Positions 1 to 13,141 of a stretch of 64,000 nt of DNA are shown piece by piece. Position 1 is the stretch's first letter, and each line of letters starts with the position of its first letter. This DNA comes from Felis catus (lineage: Eukaryota), in assembly GCF_018350175.1 (NCBI RefSeq), contig NC_058368.1, positions 91,886,001 through 91,950,000 on the forward strand. The letters run 5' to 3'. The notes under the pieces were generated by a model that made no database searches, was not told the DNA's origin, and saw nothing but the letters and a program-made list of their open reading frames with translations. Both the position numbers and the translations under genes were made by a program.

Positions 1-118
1 GAAAGCAAAAGTCTCTGGGCCCTTCTCCTGGGGAGACAGGGCAGCAGGTGAGGCTCGGGGGCCAGCCCACACCGTCTGAGGGGACCCAGTCGGAACTGAG
101 GCTTTGTCCAGTTGTCTT

Positions 119-315
119 TTTTTTTTTAATGTTTATTTTTGAGAGAGAATGTGTGAGGGGGGAGGTGCAGAGAGAGAAGAAGAGAAACAAATCCAAGCAG
201 GCTCCAGGCTCTGAGCTGTCAGCAGAGCCCGACATGGGGCTCGAACCCACAAACCAAGAGACCATGACCTGAGCTGAAGTCGGACACTTAACTGACTGAG
301 CCACCCAGGCACCCC
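119..315 (-). mobile_element. Can-SINE (SINEC_Fc-like)
   Basis: tRNA-derived head, A tail, TSD tgtccagttgtctt at 105-118 and 316-329. Confidence 0.95.
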
Positions 316-707
316 TGTCCAGTTGTCTTAGAAATGGAAGCTGACTCTGGTGGATTCTAAAGTCGGACACAGCAGATTTCCATCCTGACTGCGTCGTCCA
401 CGGTCAAGAAATCAGATACGGCTGTTTTCACCTGGGAATAAATTTGTCTGATAAAATTTGGAAATCAGTTTGGCAGTGAACTGGTGAACAGGTTTGGCGG
501 GGGTGCCGTGAGCAGAAAAATCCAGCTGACACTTGCAACTTGAAATTGGCCACCTGGAGAAGGGCTTTCTGCCTGACAAAGTGGCTTTGAGGTGTTGGAA
601 CTGACAGCACTTGTTAGCTGGGGAGCCGGAGGTCAGATCCCAGACCCCCAAGACCAGAGCCAACCCCCCACCCCAGGCTAGCTGTGTTTTCCTGCACACC
701 CTTTGGG

Positions 708-914
708 GTTTTTTGGTTTTTTTTTTTAATGTGTATTTATTTTTGAGACAGAGTGTGCATGCAAGCAGGGGAGGGGAAGAGAGAGAGGGAGACAGAGGAT
801 CTGAAGCAGGCTCTACACACTGACATCAGCAAGCCCAATTCGGGGCTCGAACTCAACGAAGCGTGAGATCATGACCTGAGCCGACACTCAGCTGACTGAG
901 CCACCCAGGTGCCC
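708..914 (-). mobile_element. Can-SINE
   Basis: gagatcatgacctgagcc...gagccacccaggtgccc. Confidence 0.9.
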
Positions 915-1134
915 GCACCCTTCAGTTTTATCATCCTGAAGCCATCAGTCCTCAGTCCTGCTGTCTGAATGCCCTTTTCACCTCTAGTCCCTTGCCTGAG
1001 TTGTGAGGCCCCATCGTCACTCTCACGCATGGCTGCAACAGGTGCCTGCCCAGTCCCCTGGCTCCCACCCCTCGAGTGGCCCCCGCCCACCCCCGGGACC
1101 ACGGGTATCCAAGTCAGTACACGTTGCCAGGCCT

Positions 1135-1390
1135 GGGAATCAGAATCTCTGGGGCTGACCTGGAAATCTGCTCTCTCAACAAGCCTCCTGTTTGAGAAGC
1201 GCTGGCCTGAAGGATAAAACACAAATTCTTTAGGACTGGGCTCCTCGGACTTTAGGTCAATGCTTCTCAAACTGGTTCTGGGCCAGCAGCATCAACATCA
1301 TCCGGGAATTGTTTGAATTACAAATTGAAGACCCACCCTGAGACTTACTGAAGCCAGAAACTCTGTGGGGGGTGAGGCCCAGCCATCAGT
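1135..1390 (+). mobile_element. MER5A-like hAT-Charlie MITE fragments
   Basis: ttctcaaactgg...cagcagcatcaacatcatccgggaa...ctgaagccagaaactctg resembles recalled MER5A. Confidence 0.65.
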
Positions 1391-1811
1391 TCTAGGGGGA
1401 CCCGATGGGAGTGCAAGGTCATGGCAAGGCCTTTGTGCCTGCTGTCCTTCCTGCCTGGGACGCCTTCCTGCCTGGGACGCCTTCTCTTTGCCCAGTCAGC
1501 TCCAAGGGGCTGCCTGGCCTCATCTGAAACAAAAGTTTCTCAGGGAAACCTGGAGCCTGCAGAGGCCAGACTGTGTTCACCTACTACATACTGTAGGAGG
1601 TCCCTCCTGTACATTTCCTTCATAGCGCTTACCAGTCTGTAATTTGGTAACACCCTTGAGCCAACACCTGTCTCCCCCAACTAGTCTGTAATGATGGTGG
1701 GGGCTGTGCCTAGCTTACTCCTGTTCTCTCCCCGGTCCCTGGCAAATAGTGGGGTTCTGTTGGAAATTATCACCTTCCTCTGAATAGCATGAATATCCTG
1801 TGACTTCTTGA

Positions 1812-2020
1812 TTTTTATATATTTTTTAAAGTTTATGTGAGAGACTGGAGAGAGAATGAATGGGGGAGGGGCAGAGAGAAGGAGAGACAGAATCTCAAGC
1901 AGGCTCTGCACTGTCATCGCAGGGTCCTGATGTGGGTCCCGAACTCACAAACCACGAGATCATGACCTGAGCCAAGATCAAGGGTCGGACTCTTAACCGA
2001 CTGAGCCACCCAGGCACCCC
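1812..2020 (-). mobile_element. Can-SINE
   Basis: Typical head and tail; short TSD ttgattttt. Confidence 0.9.
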
Positions 2021-2558
2021 TTGATTTTTCCATTTTAGTCATTATCTATTAGAAGTCCAGAGCCCTCCCTTTTTCTGTTGTTTTGCATGAAATCGCTAGT
2101 TTCTCTCAGGAGGTTTTCAGGATCATCTCCTTTACCCCAGTGTTCTGAAATTTCAAGATGGAGTGCCTGGTCTGTTAACAAGGTCTATTTTCTTTTGCTG
2201 AGCTGCATTCTCAGGCAAAAATTTCTTGAATTATGTCTTGAATGATTTCCCCCTCCAGAGTTCTCTTTTCTCTCTTTCTGAAGTTTTTGTTATTGGCAGA
2301 AAGGACAGTACCTAGGCTGTTCCTGATTTCCTGTGCTGATTTCCTTATCTCTTCTGTCTTATTTTCTGCATCCGTTTGGCCTATTGTTTTGCTTTCTTGG
2401 AGACTTATTCTTGCAACTTTCTTAGACTTATTCTTGCAACTCTACTTCAAATGAAATTTAAATCTTTGCTGCCATAATTTTGATTTGCAACACACTTTAC
2501 TACCATGATTTATATTTGCAACACATTTTGTGCCAATGTTCTCTGCATATTTCTTTTT

Positions 2559-2832
2559 TTTTTCAGTATATGAAATTTATTGTCAAATTGGTTTCCATAC
2601 AACACCCAGTGCTCATCCCAAAAGGTGCCCTCCTCAATACCCATCACCCACCCGCCCCTACATCCCACCCCCCATCAACCCTCAGTTTGTTCTCAGCTTT
2701 TAAGAGTCTCTTATGCTTTGGCTCTCTCCCACTCTAACCTCTTTTTTTTTCTTCCCCTCCCCCATGGGTTTCTGTTAAGTTTCTCAGGATCCACATAAGA
2801 GTGAAAACATATGGTATCTGTCTTTCTCTGTA
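2559..2832 (-). mobile_element. Young felid L1 (L1_Fc-like) 3' fragment
   Basis: L1 3' UTR with caataaatttcatat and A tail; TSD tgcatatttcttttt at 2544-2558 and 2833-2847. Confidence 0.9.
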
Positions 2833-3401
2833 TGCATATTTCTTTTTAATAGCATTCTGATCTTGTTTCGTGGATATATCAGCCATTTCTCCAAACATAT
2901 TGTTGTTGTTAAGTGTTGTGTTTTTGAAAATCTGTATCCTCTGAGTTACTTTTCTCCACTTGTTTTGGCCTCGGTCTTTCATTAAGAGGCTGTCTCAAAT
3001 GTCCAGCACCTTTGGCTCATTTTTCATAGTGGAAACCTAAAAAGCCAACTGGCAACTCCATGGGCACAGAAGGGGCTGGTCAACCGTGGCTTCACAGGGG
3101 TGTGAGCTGGCTGGATCTTTCTCCTAGGCTCATCAGAACCCCTAGGAAGAGCCTTCTCATCTTCTGCCTGGAAGCAAGGGCCTGGTTGCCCGTGTCCTGG
3201 AGCCCTACTGAGGAAGGAGAGGTGTGGGGGCCTCCGCATTCCATGTGTCAACTTTCAGTTAATAGTATTCCTCCCTCAATTTTGCCTGGCATCCTATATG
3301 CTAGACACTATTTTCCTGTCTCCAGAAAATAACCACCACCCCCCGCACCAGGGTTCTACCCAGCTCGAAGAAGGGCACCTGTCCAGATACCATCCGGTAT
3401 C

Positions 3402-3569
3402 TGGGCCAATACCATCTCTGTTGAAACTACTGAACTCTGCCATTATAGCACAAAAGCAGCTACAGACTGTCCATAAATAAGTGGACATGGCTGTGCCCTA
3501 ATAAAACTTTATTTATACAAATCAATGGTGGGCCAGATTTGGACCCTGGACTATAATTGGAGACCCCTG
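3402..3569 (+). mobile_element. MER58A-like hAT MITE (3' part)
   Basis: aactactgaactctgccattatagc...aataaaactttattt...gggccagatttgg...gacccctg. Confidence 0.75.
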
Positions 3570-3852
3570 GTCTAGATTCCAGCTCACCAGGTAACTGGTG
3601 CTGCCAGGTCCTGAGTGCTTTGGGTGTTTGCATTGTGGGTTGGTTACTCTTGAGTGTTTGCCGGCTTCAAGTTTTGGATGTCCCACTTCTGCACAGGCAA
3701 TAACCCTTCACTGGCTCCTTCCCAGCTTCCTAAACATTACTGCTGGTGTTTCCTTTCCTGACTTCTCTGCCCTTGGAGCCCAGGTTTCTGGACATAGTAG
3801 AGCCAAATGTATGATACACCCCATTTCCCGTCTTTAACTATCAGGCACGCTC

Positions 3853-3952
3853 CTTTTATTATTTATTTATATTTATTTATTCTTTTTTTTCTTTTATTCT
3901 TTTTTATTTTATTTTATTTCTTTTTTATCCTTTTATTTATTCTTATTTATTT
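3853..3952. repeat. T-rich (TTTA)n low-complexity tract
   Basis: Seen directly. Confidence 0.85.
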
Positions 3953-4763
3953 AACAGGTCCCTCAGGTTAGTTCCCTCTTTAAGCATCTAGAACTAACAT
4001 CCATGAGGGTTGGTTTAGGCTGTGTGTCTTCACCAAATGGTACTTTTCTGTTGTTGTTGTTTTTTTAATAAATTAATTGAGCCACACGATTCATTAATGT
4101 ACCACATAACATTAAAGACCTCTGAGCAGACTTGAATATAACTTCTTTCTTTCTGAGGCCCTGCAGAGGGACTGCCTGCCATTCTTGCCCAGGCGGGGCA
4201 GTGTTGGGCAAGCTAGCTCCCAGAATGCTCTCTCTGGGACCATGGCCACGCTATCTGCAGGACCCAGAGCCCAGGGCCTGACCAGAGCCTGGAATTTGGC
4301 CGGCATGGTCCCTGCTCTGCAAGCGAGGCTTTCTTCCTTAGCCCCTTGGCCCAAGGCCAGGAGAAGAGAGGCAGTGACATAGCAGGGTTTGGGCCAGGGG
4401 TTGGGGAGGTTGAGGGACTTTTAGCCCTAGGCTTCCTGGAGAGGGATCACAGTTTATCTGCCAGGGATGTCCCATTAGCTCTGGGACCTATGGGGTGCAG
4501 GGAGAACCCCGACCCCAAGCAATCAAGCCCAAGTCCCAAGCACCCTGGAAGCCTTCAGAGGAGCAGATAAGCTAGTGGCTGGAGCTGTCCTGAGGGCCAC
4601 CTACTGACCAGTGGCTGCAGTGAGCTACCTAGACTGACCACCACTCCTCCAATTGTGACAGGTGGGCTCTGTCACATCCTGTCTGCCCCTCCCCTCTCCC
4701 AAGCCCCAGGTTCCTCCAGGGTGGAGGTACAGGATTACTGTAAGGATCAATAAGAGAGAGACA

Positions 4764-4927
4764 GGGGAACCTGGGTGGCTCAGCCAGTTGAGCATCTGAC
4801 TCTTGATTTTGGCTCAGGCCATGATGTCACAATTCGTGAGTTCGAGCCCCGCCTCGGGCTCTGCACTGCGGAGCCTGCTTAGGATTTCTCTTTCTCCCTC
4901 TGTCTCTGCCCCTCCCCCGCTCTTGTG

Positions 4928-4973
<46 letters not shown>

Positions 4974-4984
4974 ATAAATACACT
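4764..4984 (+). mobile_element. Can-SINE with long (CT)n
   Basis: ggggaacctgggtggctcag...(ct)n aaaataaata. Confidence 0.92.
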
Positions 4985-6499
4985 AAGACAGAGACAGATT
5001 TGAACAGGCCCAGTCAAGAGGGTTGTTTCTGACATAACATGTCTATAAGGCACAGGTGGAGTTTCAGGCCATGGGGTGGTGTGGCCAGGACTCCATGCTG
5101 CTGTCCCATGGGTTCTGGGAGACAGGGAAGGGGGGCAAGTTTTCCACCTGTGCATGGCTCTGCCTTCCCTTCTGTACCGGCACCGATCCCAGGTATCCTG
5201 GACCTTTCCCCGGGGCCCCCACTGCACCTACCCATCTCCCTGACCTCACTCCCCATGCTGCGTTGTGATTGGCTGCTTGCCTGTCACCTCCCAGCTCCTT
5301 GTGACCATCCCAGGTGCCTGGCACAGAGTGGGTTACTGTGGGACAGAAAAATGAGCAAAAGGATGGATGAATGAAGATGGGTAATTCAATGGACGGACGG
5401 GTGAACAAATATCCAGGTGGATATTTGATTGCCTGAGTAAGTAACACCGCTCATTTACCCAATACTATGTATTGAGCCATTTTTCCACGGAGGGCTAAAT
5501 GGATGAATGAATTATGATGAGGTAACAGTGCCTGAGTAGAAGGAAAAGAAAGGCAGTGGGATGGAGGTGGAAAAAGCATAACAAGTGAGTAAACAGAAGA
5601 TGAATTCGAGAACCACCTGAGCAGCCACACATACACAGTCTCAGTGTCCGTGTCTGTGAGCTGAGGAGTTGTTCCCAGGGTCCCAAGGGGGAGGGCTTGG
5701 GAGAAAGAATTCACAAACACTCTCCTTCTGTCTATTAAAAAAAATTTTTTTTCTCTAAATAAACTTTGAACCCACTTCTAAGTATGTTTGGAAAGAGCAG
5801 TGATGGCTTTCATGAAGGGTAAATTATAAGTGCTTCCTTCGCAGCTTTGTTTGGGGACCCTCAGAAACATACGCAGCCCCCAGAGCGAGTTGCTAAAATG
5901 CGCACGAGACAGGAAACATATGCCGGGTATGACGATGTCAAGCAGGCTTACTGTGAGCATATGTGCTTTACTGTTGATGGAATATATTCGGCAAGTGTTC
6001 CAGAAAGAGGCCTTTCCTGAAATGGAGGTCAATGAGAATACTCCCCCGTCTCATAAATCCTTGGGAAAAAAAACAGGCCTGTCTCCCACACACATGTGGC
6101 TAATTATCTGGGGGCTCAGGGCTGTCCCCGGAGAGCAGTTAAGAGCAGTGTACCCGGACGCTATCTGCCCCAAGTGGTTGCCAGCAGCCCTGGCTAGAAA
6201 GACCTTGCCCTGGGTTCATAAACTGGCGGTTTCCCACCCCAGGGGGCAGAGGGGGACGGTCACAAGTGCTTAACAATAAAGGAGAAAAGAGTGCATCTTC
6301 TTTTCCAGTGCCCACCAGAGATCAGACCCAGACGCAAGCCACTGGGGGACGCCCTGGACTTTACAGGGCCACTGGCGACCATCCACCTAGGTCCAGTTTA
6401 GCTGGATTTGGCCTGGGTCTCAGATCCCGCTCTTAGAGGACCAAGGCAGACTGGACAGATGGGCAGACAGCTCCATCCCAGTGCACTAACAGGTACTGT

Positions 6500-6960
6500 A
6501 GCAAGTGACTATCCCTGGGCCCAAGAGTGGGCAGTGAGGAAGGCTTCCCTGAAGACAGTCCATGACTTGTCTAGGTCTTGAAGGATGAATAGGAGTTTTC
6601 CTGGCAAGAAATGGGAGAAAGGACATTTGGAGACATGAGCAACACAGCTCAGCGGCTGGTGCATGTTCTGGGCCAGGGGTTCTAGCAAAAGGTGGGCCAG
6701 GAGAGATGTCTAGAGGACAACTCAGTGGGGGTGGGCAGAGCAGGCCAGAAGGGGGCACCTGGCTCAGCCGGAAAGGCTGAGGAGCTCAGACTGTGTGTCT
6801 CCAGGACAGTGGGGAGCCCATGGATGGCTTTAAAGGGAAGTGGTGGGATCAGATTTGTGGTTCCGAAGGACCTGACTGCTGGGTAGAGAATGACAGGAGA
6901 CAAGAGAGCCACGGAGGAGGCTGTGACCATCGATCCATGGAGAGATGCTGGTAGGGACCC
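6500..6960. mobile_element. Degenerate L2 fragment
   Basis: ggaaggcttccctgaag...gaaggatgaataggagtt...ggggagcccatggatggctttaa L2-like motifs. Confidence 0.55.
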
Positions 6961-7135
6961 CGCAGGGACAGAGTGGGGGCGACTCTGGTTCTTTCTCTTC
7001 CTGACTGTGATTTGAGGCCTGTAACTTAACTTCTTGGTGTTGCAGATCCACAGCAATGACATGGGGGTAATAGTGTCTTGCCACATTGTGGCAAGCCTCA
7101 TTGTGAGGCTTCCAGTAAGACATGGAAAAATGCCA

Positions 7136-7345
7136 GGGGCGCCTGGGTGGCTCAGTCAGTTGAGCGTCTGACTCTTGATTTCAGCTCAGGTCATGATCTC
7201 ATGGTTTGTGGGTTCAAGCCCTGAGTCAGGCTCTGTGCTAAAAGCATGGAGTCTGCTTGGGATTTTCTCTCTCTCTGTCTCTCCCTGCCCCTTACCCACT
7301 TGTGCACTCTCTCTCCAAAATAAATAAATAGACATTTAAAAAAAA
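7136..7345 (+). mobile_element. Can-SINE
   Basis: ggggcgcctgggtggctcagtcagttgagcgtc... Confidence 0.93.
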
Positions 7346-7780
7346 GGTTCTCCTTTTTTAAGGCTGAATAGTATACAGTATTCTATCGTATGTATATACC
7401 ACATTTTGTTACTATATTACTTTTTTAAATGCTAGTAAATTACACATAAAATGTGCCTTTTAAACCGCTTTTAAACCACTCTTCAATGTACTACAGTTCA
7501 GTGGCCATTTGACACATTTATAATGTGCAACCATCACCACTGTCTTGTTCTGAATCTTTATCACTGGCCCCAAAAGAAACTCTGTACCTATTAAGCACTA
7601 ACTCCCCATTCCCCCTTCCCCCAACCCCTTGTAATCTCTAATCTATTTCCTGTCTATGAATTTGTCTGTTCTAGACATCTAGCTATTTCACTGATATAGA
7701 ATCACACAGGAGTTCTCCTTTTGTGTCTGGCTGATTTTACCTAGCATAATGTCTTCAAGGTTCATCCGTGTTGCACCATT
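7346..7780 (-). mobile_element. Old L1 3' fragments (L1M-type)
   Basis: aaccatcaccact...aactccccattccccc...tctatgaatttg...cctagcataatgtcttcaaggttcatcc. Confidence 0.75.
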
Positions 7781-8539
7781 GTTATAACCTGAACATTTGT
7801 CCCCCCTGAACTCAGATATTAAAGTCCTTACCCCCGATGTGATGGTGTTAGGAGGTGGGGCTCAGGATCTTAGTGGACCCGGGGGCTCAGGATCTTAGTG
7901 GAGCACAGTTCTCCATCAGGCTTCTGTAATGGGGAGACGTCAGTGCTACTTGGACTGTTCCCAGAGCTCTGGAGGGGTGCTGTGATGCCATGGGGAGCAG
8001 GGAAGGGGGCTCCTGCCTGTGGACCTGCCATGTACAAGGCAGTGTGCCCACATCCCAGCCAAGAAGGTGGGAGTTATTTTACCCTGCAGAGGAACTAAAA
8101 GACGCTTAGAGAAAAGGAACTTGTCCCAAGTCACACAGCTGGTGTATGGCAGAACTGGGATTCAAAGCCAGCTGTGTCCAATTCCAAAACACTTGCTTTT
8201 TTTTCTTTTCTTTTCTTTCCTCTTTTTTTTTAAGAAAAAGAAATGGGTTCTGCTTGGGGCTTCTCCCATCTATTCACATGCTATTTTCTGGCCAGAGACG
8301 CCTGGGTGTCCCCAGACTCAGGCAGCTCCTGGGTCAGTTACTGCTTGCAGTGGAGGCTGTGTGGGGGAGGGGGCGTGCTGGGGTTACTTTTGAAAGTGCT
8401 CAGGTGGCTGGGGGCTCAGCCCCACTCCAGTTTCAGATTCAGTGGAGCTGGAGTGACCCAAGAATTTGCATTTTTTATAAGTATAATTTGCTGGTCCAGC
8501 AAACACACTGGAAAACCAATTGATTTATTCTCTCTCTAA

Positions 8540-8749
8540 TTTTTGTATGTTTTTTTTTTTTTTTTTTGAGAGAGAGAGAGAACGTGAGTGAGGGAGGAGC
8601 AGAGAGAGAGGGAGACACAGAATCCAAAGCAGGCTCCAGGCTCTGAGCCATCAGCACAGAGCCTGACGCGGGGCTTGAACGCACGAACCACGAGATCATG
8701 ACCTGAGCCGAAGTCGGATGCTTAACCGACTGAGTCACCCAGGCACCCC
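8540..8749 (-). mobile_element. Can-SINE
   Basis: Typical head and tail. Confidence 0.93.
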
Positions 8750-8763
8750 TCTTCTCTCTCTTT

Positions 8764-8990
8764 TTTTTTTTTTTAATTTTTTTTCCAACGTTTTTATTTA
8801 TTTTTGGGACAGAGAGAGACAGAGCATGAACGGGGGAGGGGCAGAGAGAGAGGGAGACACAGAATCGGAAACAGGCTCCAGGCTCTGAGCCATCAGCCCA
8901 GAGCCCGACGCGGGGCTCGAACTCACGGACCGCGAGATCGTGACCTGGCTGAAGTCGGACGCTTAACCAACTGCGCCACCCAGGCGCCCC
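8764..8990 (-). mobile_element. Very young SINEC_Fc
   Basis: CpGs intact; perfect 14-bp TSD tcttctctctcttt at 8750-8763 and 8991-9004. Confidence 0.95.
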
Positions 8991-9159
8991 TCTTCTCTCT
9001 CTTTAAACATCTCTTTGTGTCCTACAAAATATTACAAGCCTCAGGTACTTTCTATGGTGCTGTGTTGTCTTCTGTGTGCTCAGGGGATGGAGGCTGGAGG
9101 CCAATTGTGAGTTTACAAAACTCATAAACCGCCAGAGATTATTTCTGCTCCTACTACTG

Positions 9160-9390
9160 TTAGGATTAGTAAGTGTTTACTGTATGCCAGGTGCTGTTCT
9201 GAGCTCTCTCATGTCAATCCTAATGTACTCTCCACAGCCACCGTCTATCTCATCCTATCGAGGAGGAAAATGGACTCAGAGAGAGCAAGTCACTGGCTTG
9301 GGGTCACACAGCGTCAAGTGACAAGGCCAGGATTTGGCCCAGGGTGGTCTGGTGCCAGAGTTCATGCTCCAGCCACAGGCTATTCTGAGC
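9160..9390 (-). mobile_element. MIR
   Basis: tgtatgccaggtgctgttctgag...gaggaaaatggactcagagag...ggtcacacagc. Confidence 0.7.
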
Positions 9391-9639
9391 TGAGACAGAA
9401 GTCCCTCACCAGTGCTGGTGGAAAGTAACTGAACAGCCTAATCACTGTCCCCAGTTCCTTTCTCCCTCTGAATTCCCTGTCTCAGAGAAGAGCATCATCA
9501 TCCACCCGGCAGACCCCAGGAACGTGAGTGGATGCACCTGCCCACACTTTCTGAGCACTGCCTCTAGGTATGAAACCCCACCGGGTGCTCTATGCGGCTG
9601 ACCACGCCTCGATGATGTTCTGGCATTTGGGAGAGAACT

Positions 9640-9735
9640 GCCCTGACTCGGGGCTCAGTCTCACAACCTTAAGATCATGACCTGAGCTGAAATCAAGAGT
9701 CGCACACTTAACCGACTGAGCCACCCACGTGCCCC
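9640..9735 (-). mobile_element. Partial Can-SINE (head only)
   Basis: gatcatgacctgagctgaaatcaagagtc...gagccacccacgtgcccc. Confidence 0.8.
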
Positions 9736-9739
9736 AAGA

Positions 9740-10405
9740 AGGAAGAAGATGCTGACCCTTGCGGGCCTCAGACTGAGTGAAACAAGCTGGTCATGAAAGG
9801 ACAGATACTGTGCGATCCCATTCATATGACATATCTAGAGCAGGCAAATCCATAGAGACAGAAAGGGGAGCGGTGATGGCCAGGAGCTGGCAGGATCAGG
9901 GATGGGAAGTTGGTGTTTAATGGGGACAGAGCTTCAGTTTTGCAAGACAAGAGAGTTCTGGAGATGGATGGGGGTGATTGTTGCACAACAGCGTGAACAT
10001 GCTTAACGCCGCTCAACTGTATCTCAACAATGGTGAAGATAGTCACTTTTTGGTGACCACAATTTTTAAGAAATAAACTTACCACTTATTATTTTTCAGA
10101 AATAATAAAAATGAGGGGCGCCTCAGGGGCTCAGTCAGTTAAGCCTCTGACTATTGATTTCAGCTCAGGTCACGATGTCACAATTTGTGGGATCGAGCTC
10201 CACGTCAAGTGCTGAGCTGGCAGCATGGAACCTGGTTGGGATTCTCTCCCCACCTCTCTCTGCCCCTCCCTGGCTCACCCTCTCTTTCTCTCAAAAATAA
10301 GTAAATAAACATTAGAAAAAGGAGAGAATAAAAATGTTTAAAACTATAGTGTAATAGATTGAAAGGGTGAGTTGTGTGGTGTGTGAATTCTATCTCAATA
10401 AAGCT
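9740..10405 (+). mobile_element. Old L1 3' end (L1MB/MC-like) interrupted by a SINE
   Basis: gagtgaaacaagctggtca...atccatagagacagaa...agttctggagatggatgg...tctatctcaataaagctg. Confidence 0.8.
10115..10320 (+). mobile_element. Can-SINE
   Basis: Typical head and tail. Confidence 0.9.
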
Positions 10406-11149
10406 GGTCAGACAATAACGCTGCCCTAAACATGGCCGGGCCCAGTGTTACTGAGCGCCCCGGGGTCAGGAGAAAGAACAAGTGTTGAAGTAGAAGGGCC
10501 TGCTGGCACCCGATTGTCTGAGTGTGGAGGGAGGGCAGGTCCCAGGCCCTCCGTAAGGGCCCAACAACATCCAAGGGCAGGGAGCCGCTGACTGGGTGGC
10601 AGGGAAGCGGGTGGAGTCCCCTCTGAGCCAGGCAGACTCAGCAAATGAGGGCCTGGGAAATCAGACCCGGCTCTTGACAGCTGAAACTCTCCAGCGGGAG
10701 TGTGGGCCTCAGCCCTGGCCCTGGGGGTCAAGAAAAACAAATGGTGAATTACTCGAGGCCCCTTGAGAGTGTGAGTCAATAGTGCTGGGAGCAGCCCCTC
10801 AGGGCCCCTCGAATCTTCCCACACTGGCTCTTGGCTCCTCTGCAGCGAGTGGTCTGTGAAGCTGCAGCAGGTTCTTCACACTGGAGTCCTGTCGGTGGGC
10901 CCAGGCTGTGGGGCCTGTTGACTTTGGGTAGCCCTTGTCCCTCCCTCGCTCTGTAACAAGGGGCACTAGTGTCCCTGCCGCCGTGGGTCCACTGTCAGAA
11001 TTACATGAGGTCTGGTTGCACACCCATCAGCCAGCAGGTGCCTCGGAGTTTATATCCCTCCTCCTTCTCCTGGACTCAGAAGGGCTCTGCGTCCTTCCTG
11101 CTGTCTGTCGTCAGGGTCCCAGGACCTCAGGGCTCTCCCACAACGAGAG

Positions 11150-11520
11150 CAGAGTTCATTCATGCCCTGACCATTTGTTCAGCACCAGCCCGTGTGTCAG
11201 GCCCCATTCATGAACCAGTAGTCCTCAGGGAACTGACGTTCTACCAGAGAGACAGAAACCATAAATCCTAAAAGGCAAATAAAATCAATAAGATAGAGAA
11301 GTGGCTGGAAGAAAATAAAAACAGGAAAATATCACAGAGAGTGCCTAGGGGCAGGCCACTTCAGACGGTCACCAGGGAAGGCACAGTGAAGAGTCAGCCA
11401 TGTAGAGATGTACGTGCAAAGGTCCTGAGGTAAGAGTAGGCCGGGCAGAATTCAAGAAGCAGAAGGAAGGCCTTGTGGCAGAGGGTGGGGAGTGAGGGGG
11501 AGCAGGCAGTACATAGGCAG
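11150..11520. mobile_element. Degenerate L2 fragment
   Basis: tcattcatg...gtcctcaggggaactgacgttcta...tgcaaaggtcctgagg. Confidence 0.55.
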
Positions 11521-11554
11521 TGCTGAGAGCCTCCTTCCTCACCGGCTGCCTGCC

Positions 11555-11630
11555 GGAGTGACCACCTATCCCAATTTGCCTAAAAGTGCTAGAAAAGTCC
11601 TGGGCACACTGCAATGGTTGGTCACCCTAG
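11555..11630. mobile_element. MER94/MER81-like hAT-Blackjack MITE remnant
   Basis: TIR-like ends gagtgaccacc and ggttggtcaccctag. Confidence 0.5.
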
Positions 11631-13141
11631 CACCCACCGGCTCCCCGTATTTACTAGATGCATAAGTTAAAACACCCTAGGCCCTGCTGGCGGCTGGCAT
11701 GGCCTTCCTTCCAGGAAGCTTTGTTTTCCTGTCCCAAGGAGCCTAGAGTCCAAGGTCCAGGGCCCACGGGGTCAGATCACCTTGAAGCAGGTGGCTCAGG
11801 CTAAGTGGCCACCTTTTTTCCTGAGTGTCATTCCCTAAGTCCATGGCCACACCGTGCTGGCCACGTTCCAAAGACCTCCAGCTGCCCGGCCTCACCTTCC
11901 CTTTTCTAGGACCTTCTGCTTGGGGCAGGGTGGGGCTGTTAACCTGCAGGTTATGAGGCGTTCTCATGAAAATCAAAGCTCTCATGAATGGCTTTTAAGT
12001 TCAAAATAAAATAAAGTAAAAAATAAAAAATAAAAAGCTGTTCATTCTCTGCAAGCAATAAATCCTGGCCTTCGTTAAGTTCGAAGGGATACACATTGGC
12101 CCATATGTCAGTGATTAAGGCTTTGGGGTGAATGGGGAGTTGAGGAATTTGGTATATTTGGGGTGTGCTGGTTTCTGTGCGTCTCTCTGGAGCCTGTTTT
12201 CCAACAGGAAACAGGATCTCAGGAGATGATAGGCTCTGAGGAGAAGCTGATTTGCACCAGCACAGATCTGGGTCTGGCCGAGCCCCAGAGAGTCACCCCA
12301 AGCTTTTGTACCTAACACCAGTGACCCACAGCTGGTGCTCCGGATGTACTCCCCGCCTGGGCAGCCGCAATTTCGTGGTACCCAATATCTTTCTTTGCCT
12401 GGGCACCAGCTCTTTCCATATTCAGGGTAACCTCCCAACCTCCACCTTTTGAGAGCCCGGGCAGGGGTAGAGAGTCCCTCCCTACACACTTCTTCCAGTC
12501 CAGGCCAGCTGGCTGGTCAGGGCCTCTTTACCCTTCAGAGATGCTTTGAGCCCCATGGGAGAGGAGTGCCAGGGTATCTCCCAGACCCTCATTCTTCGTG
12601 TGAATTTGCTTAGTCCCTTCCGTAGCCTGAGTCAAGGGCAGTGGGGAGGGCACTCTGCTAAGCCCAAGAAATGGCCTGTGACCGGGTGGCCCCAACATGG
12701 GGTACCCGTGTACCTTACATCCGTCACTCAGAAGGATCCTTCAAGAAGTCCCCTAAAGTCTCTGCACTAAGACACAGGACCCTGGCAGCCCCACACATCG
12801 TCGACCAGAAGCCCTTCCATGAGCCCTGTCACTCTGAACACCATCCACCCGTGTTCTCCTTCTTTCTAAGTCCTTCTCACTCTTGTGTCTGGATGAGACA
12901 TTCCATATTTTTAGGTCTGGTGCCTAAACCACAGCCCATTTCCCCAAAAGTAAGGCACTTAGCAGGGCAGCCTTGGTACCAACAAGAGCCCTGGCAAACC
13001 TGAGCCCACCTCTTGGCCCCTGAGTAACTCTGTGACTTGGACAGGTCACCTCTCTTTGGGCCTCAATTTCCTTTTCTGTAATCAGGGCCGATCATATCCA
13101 CATCTCTGAGTTATGATCAGGCTTAAAGAGAGAGCAGAACT

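Noticed and set aside
1446..1484. Small tandem duplications (17 bp here; also about 2401-2441, 7857-7902, 57146-57182)
   Set aside because: Ordinary two-copy slippage; not arrays, not CRISPR-like
6235..6250. Weaker CTCF-like matches (also about 22391-22405 and 45942-45955)
   Set aside because: Mismatches at key core positions; expected by chance in GC-rich DNA
7136..7215. tRNA-like A/B boxes in SINE heads as tRNA genes
   Set aside because: They are Can-SINE heads followed by (CT)n and A tails
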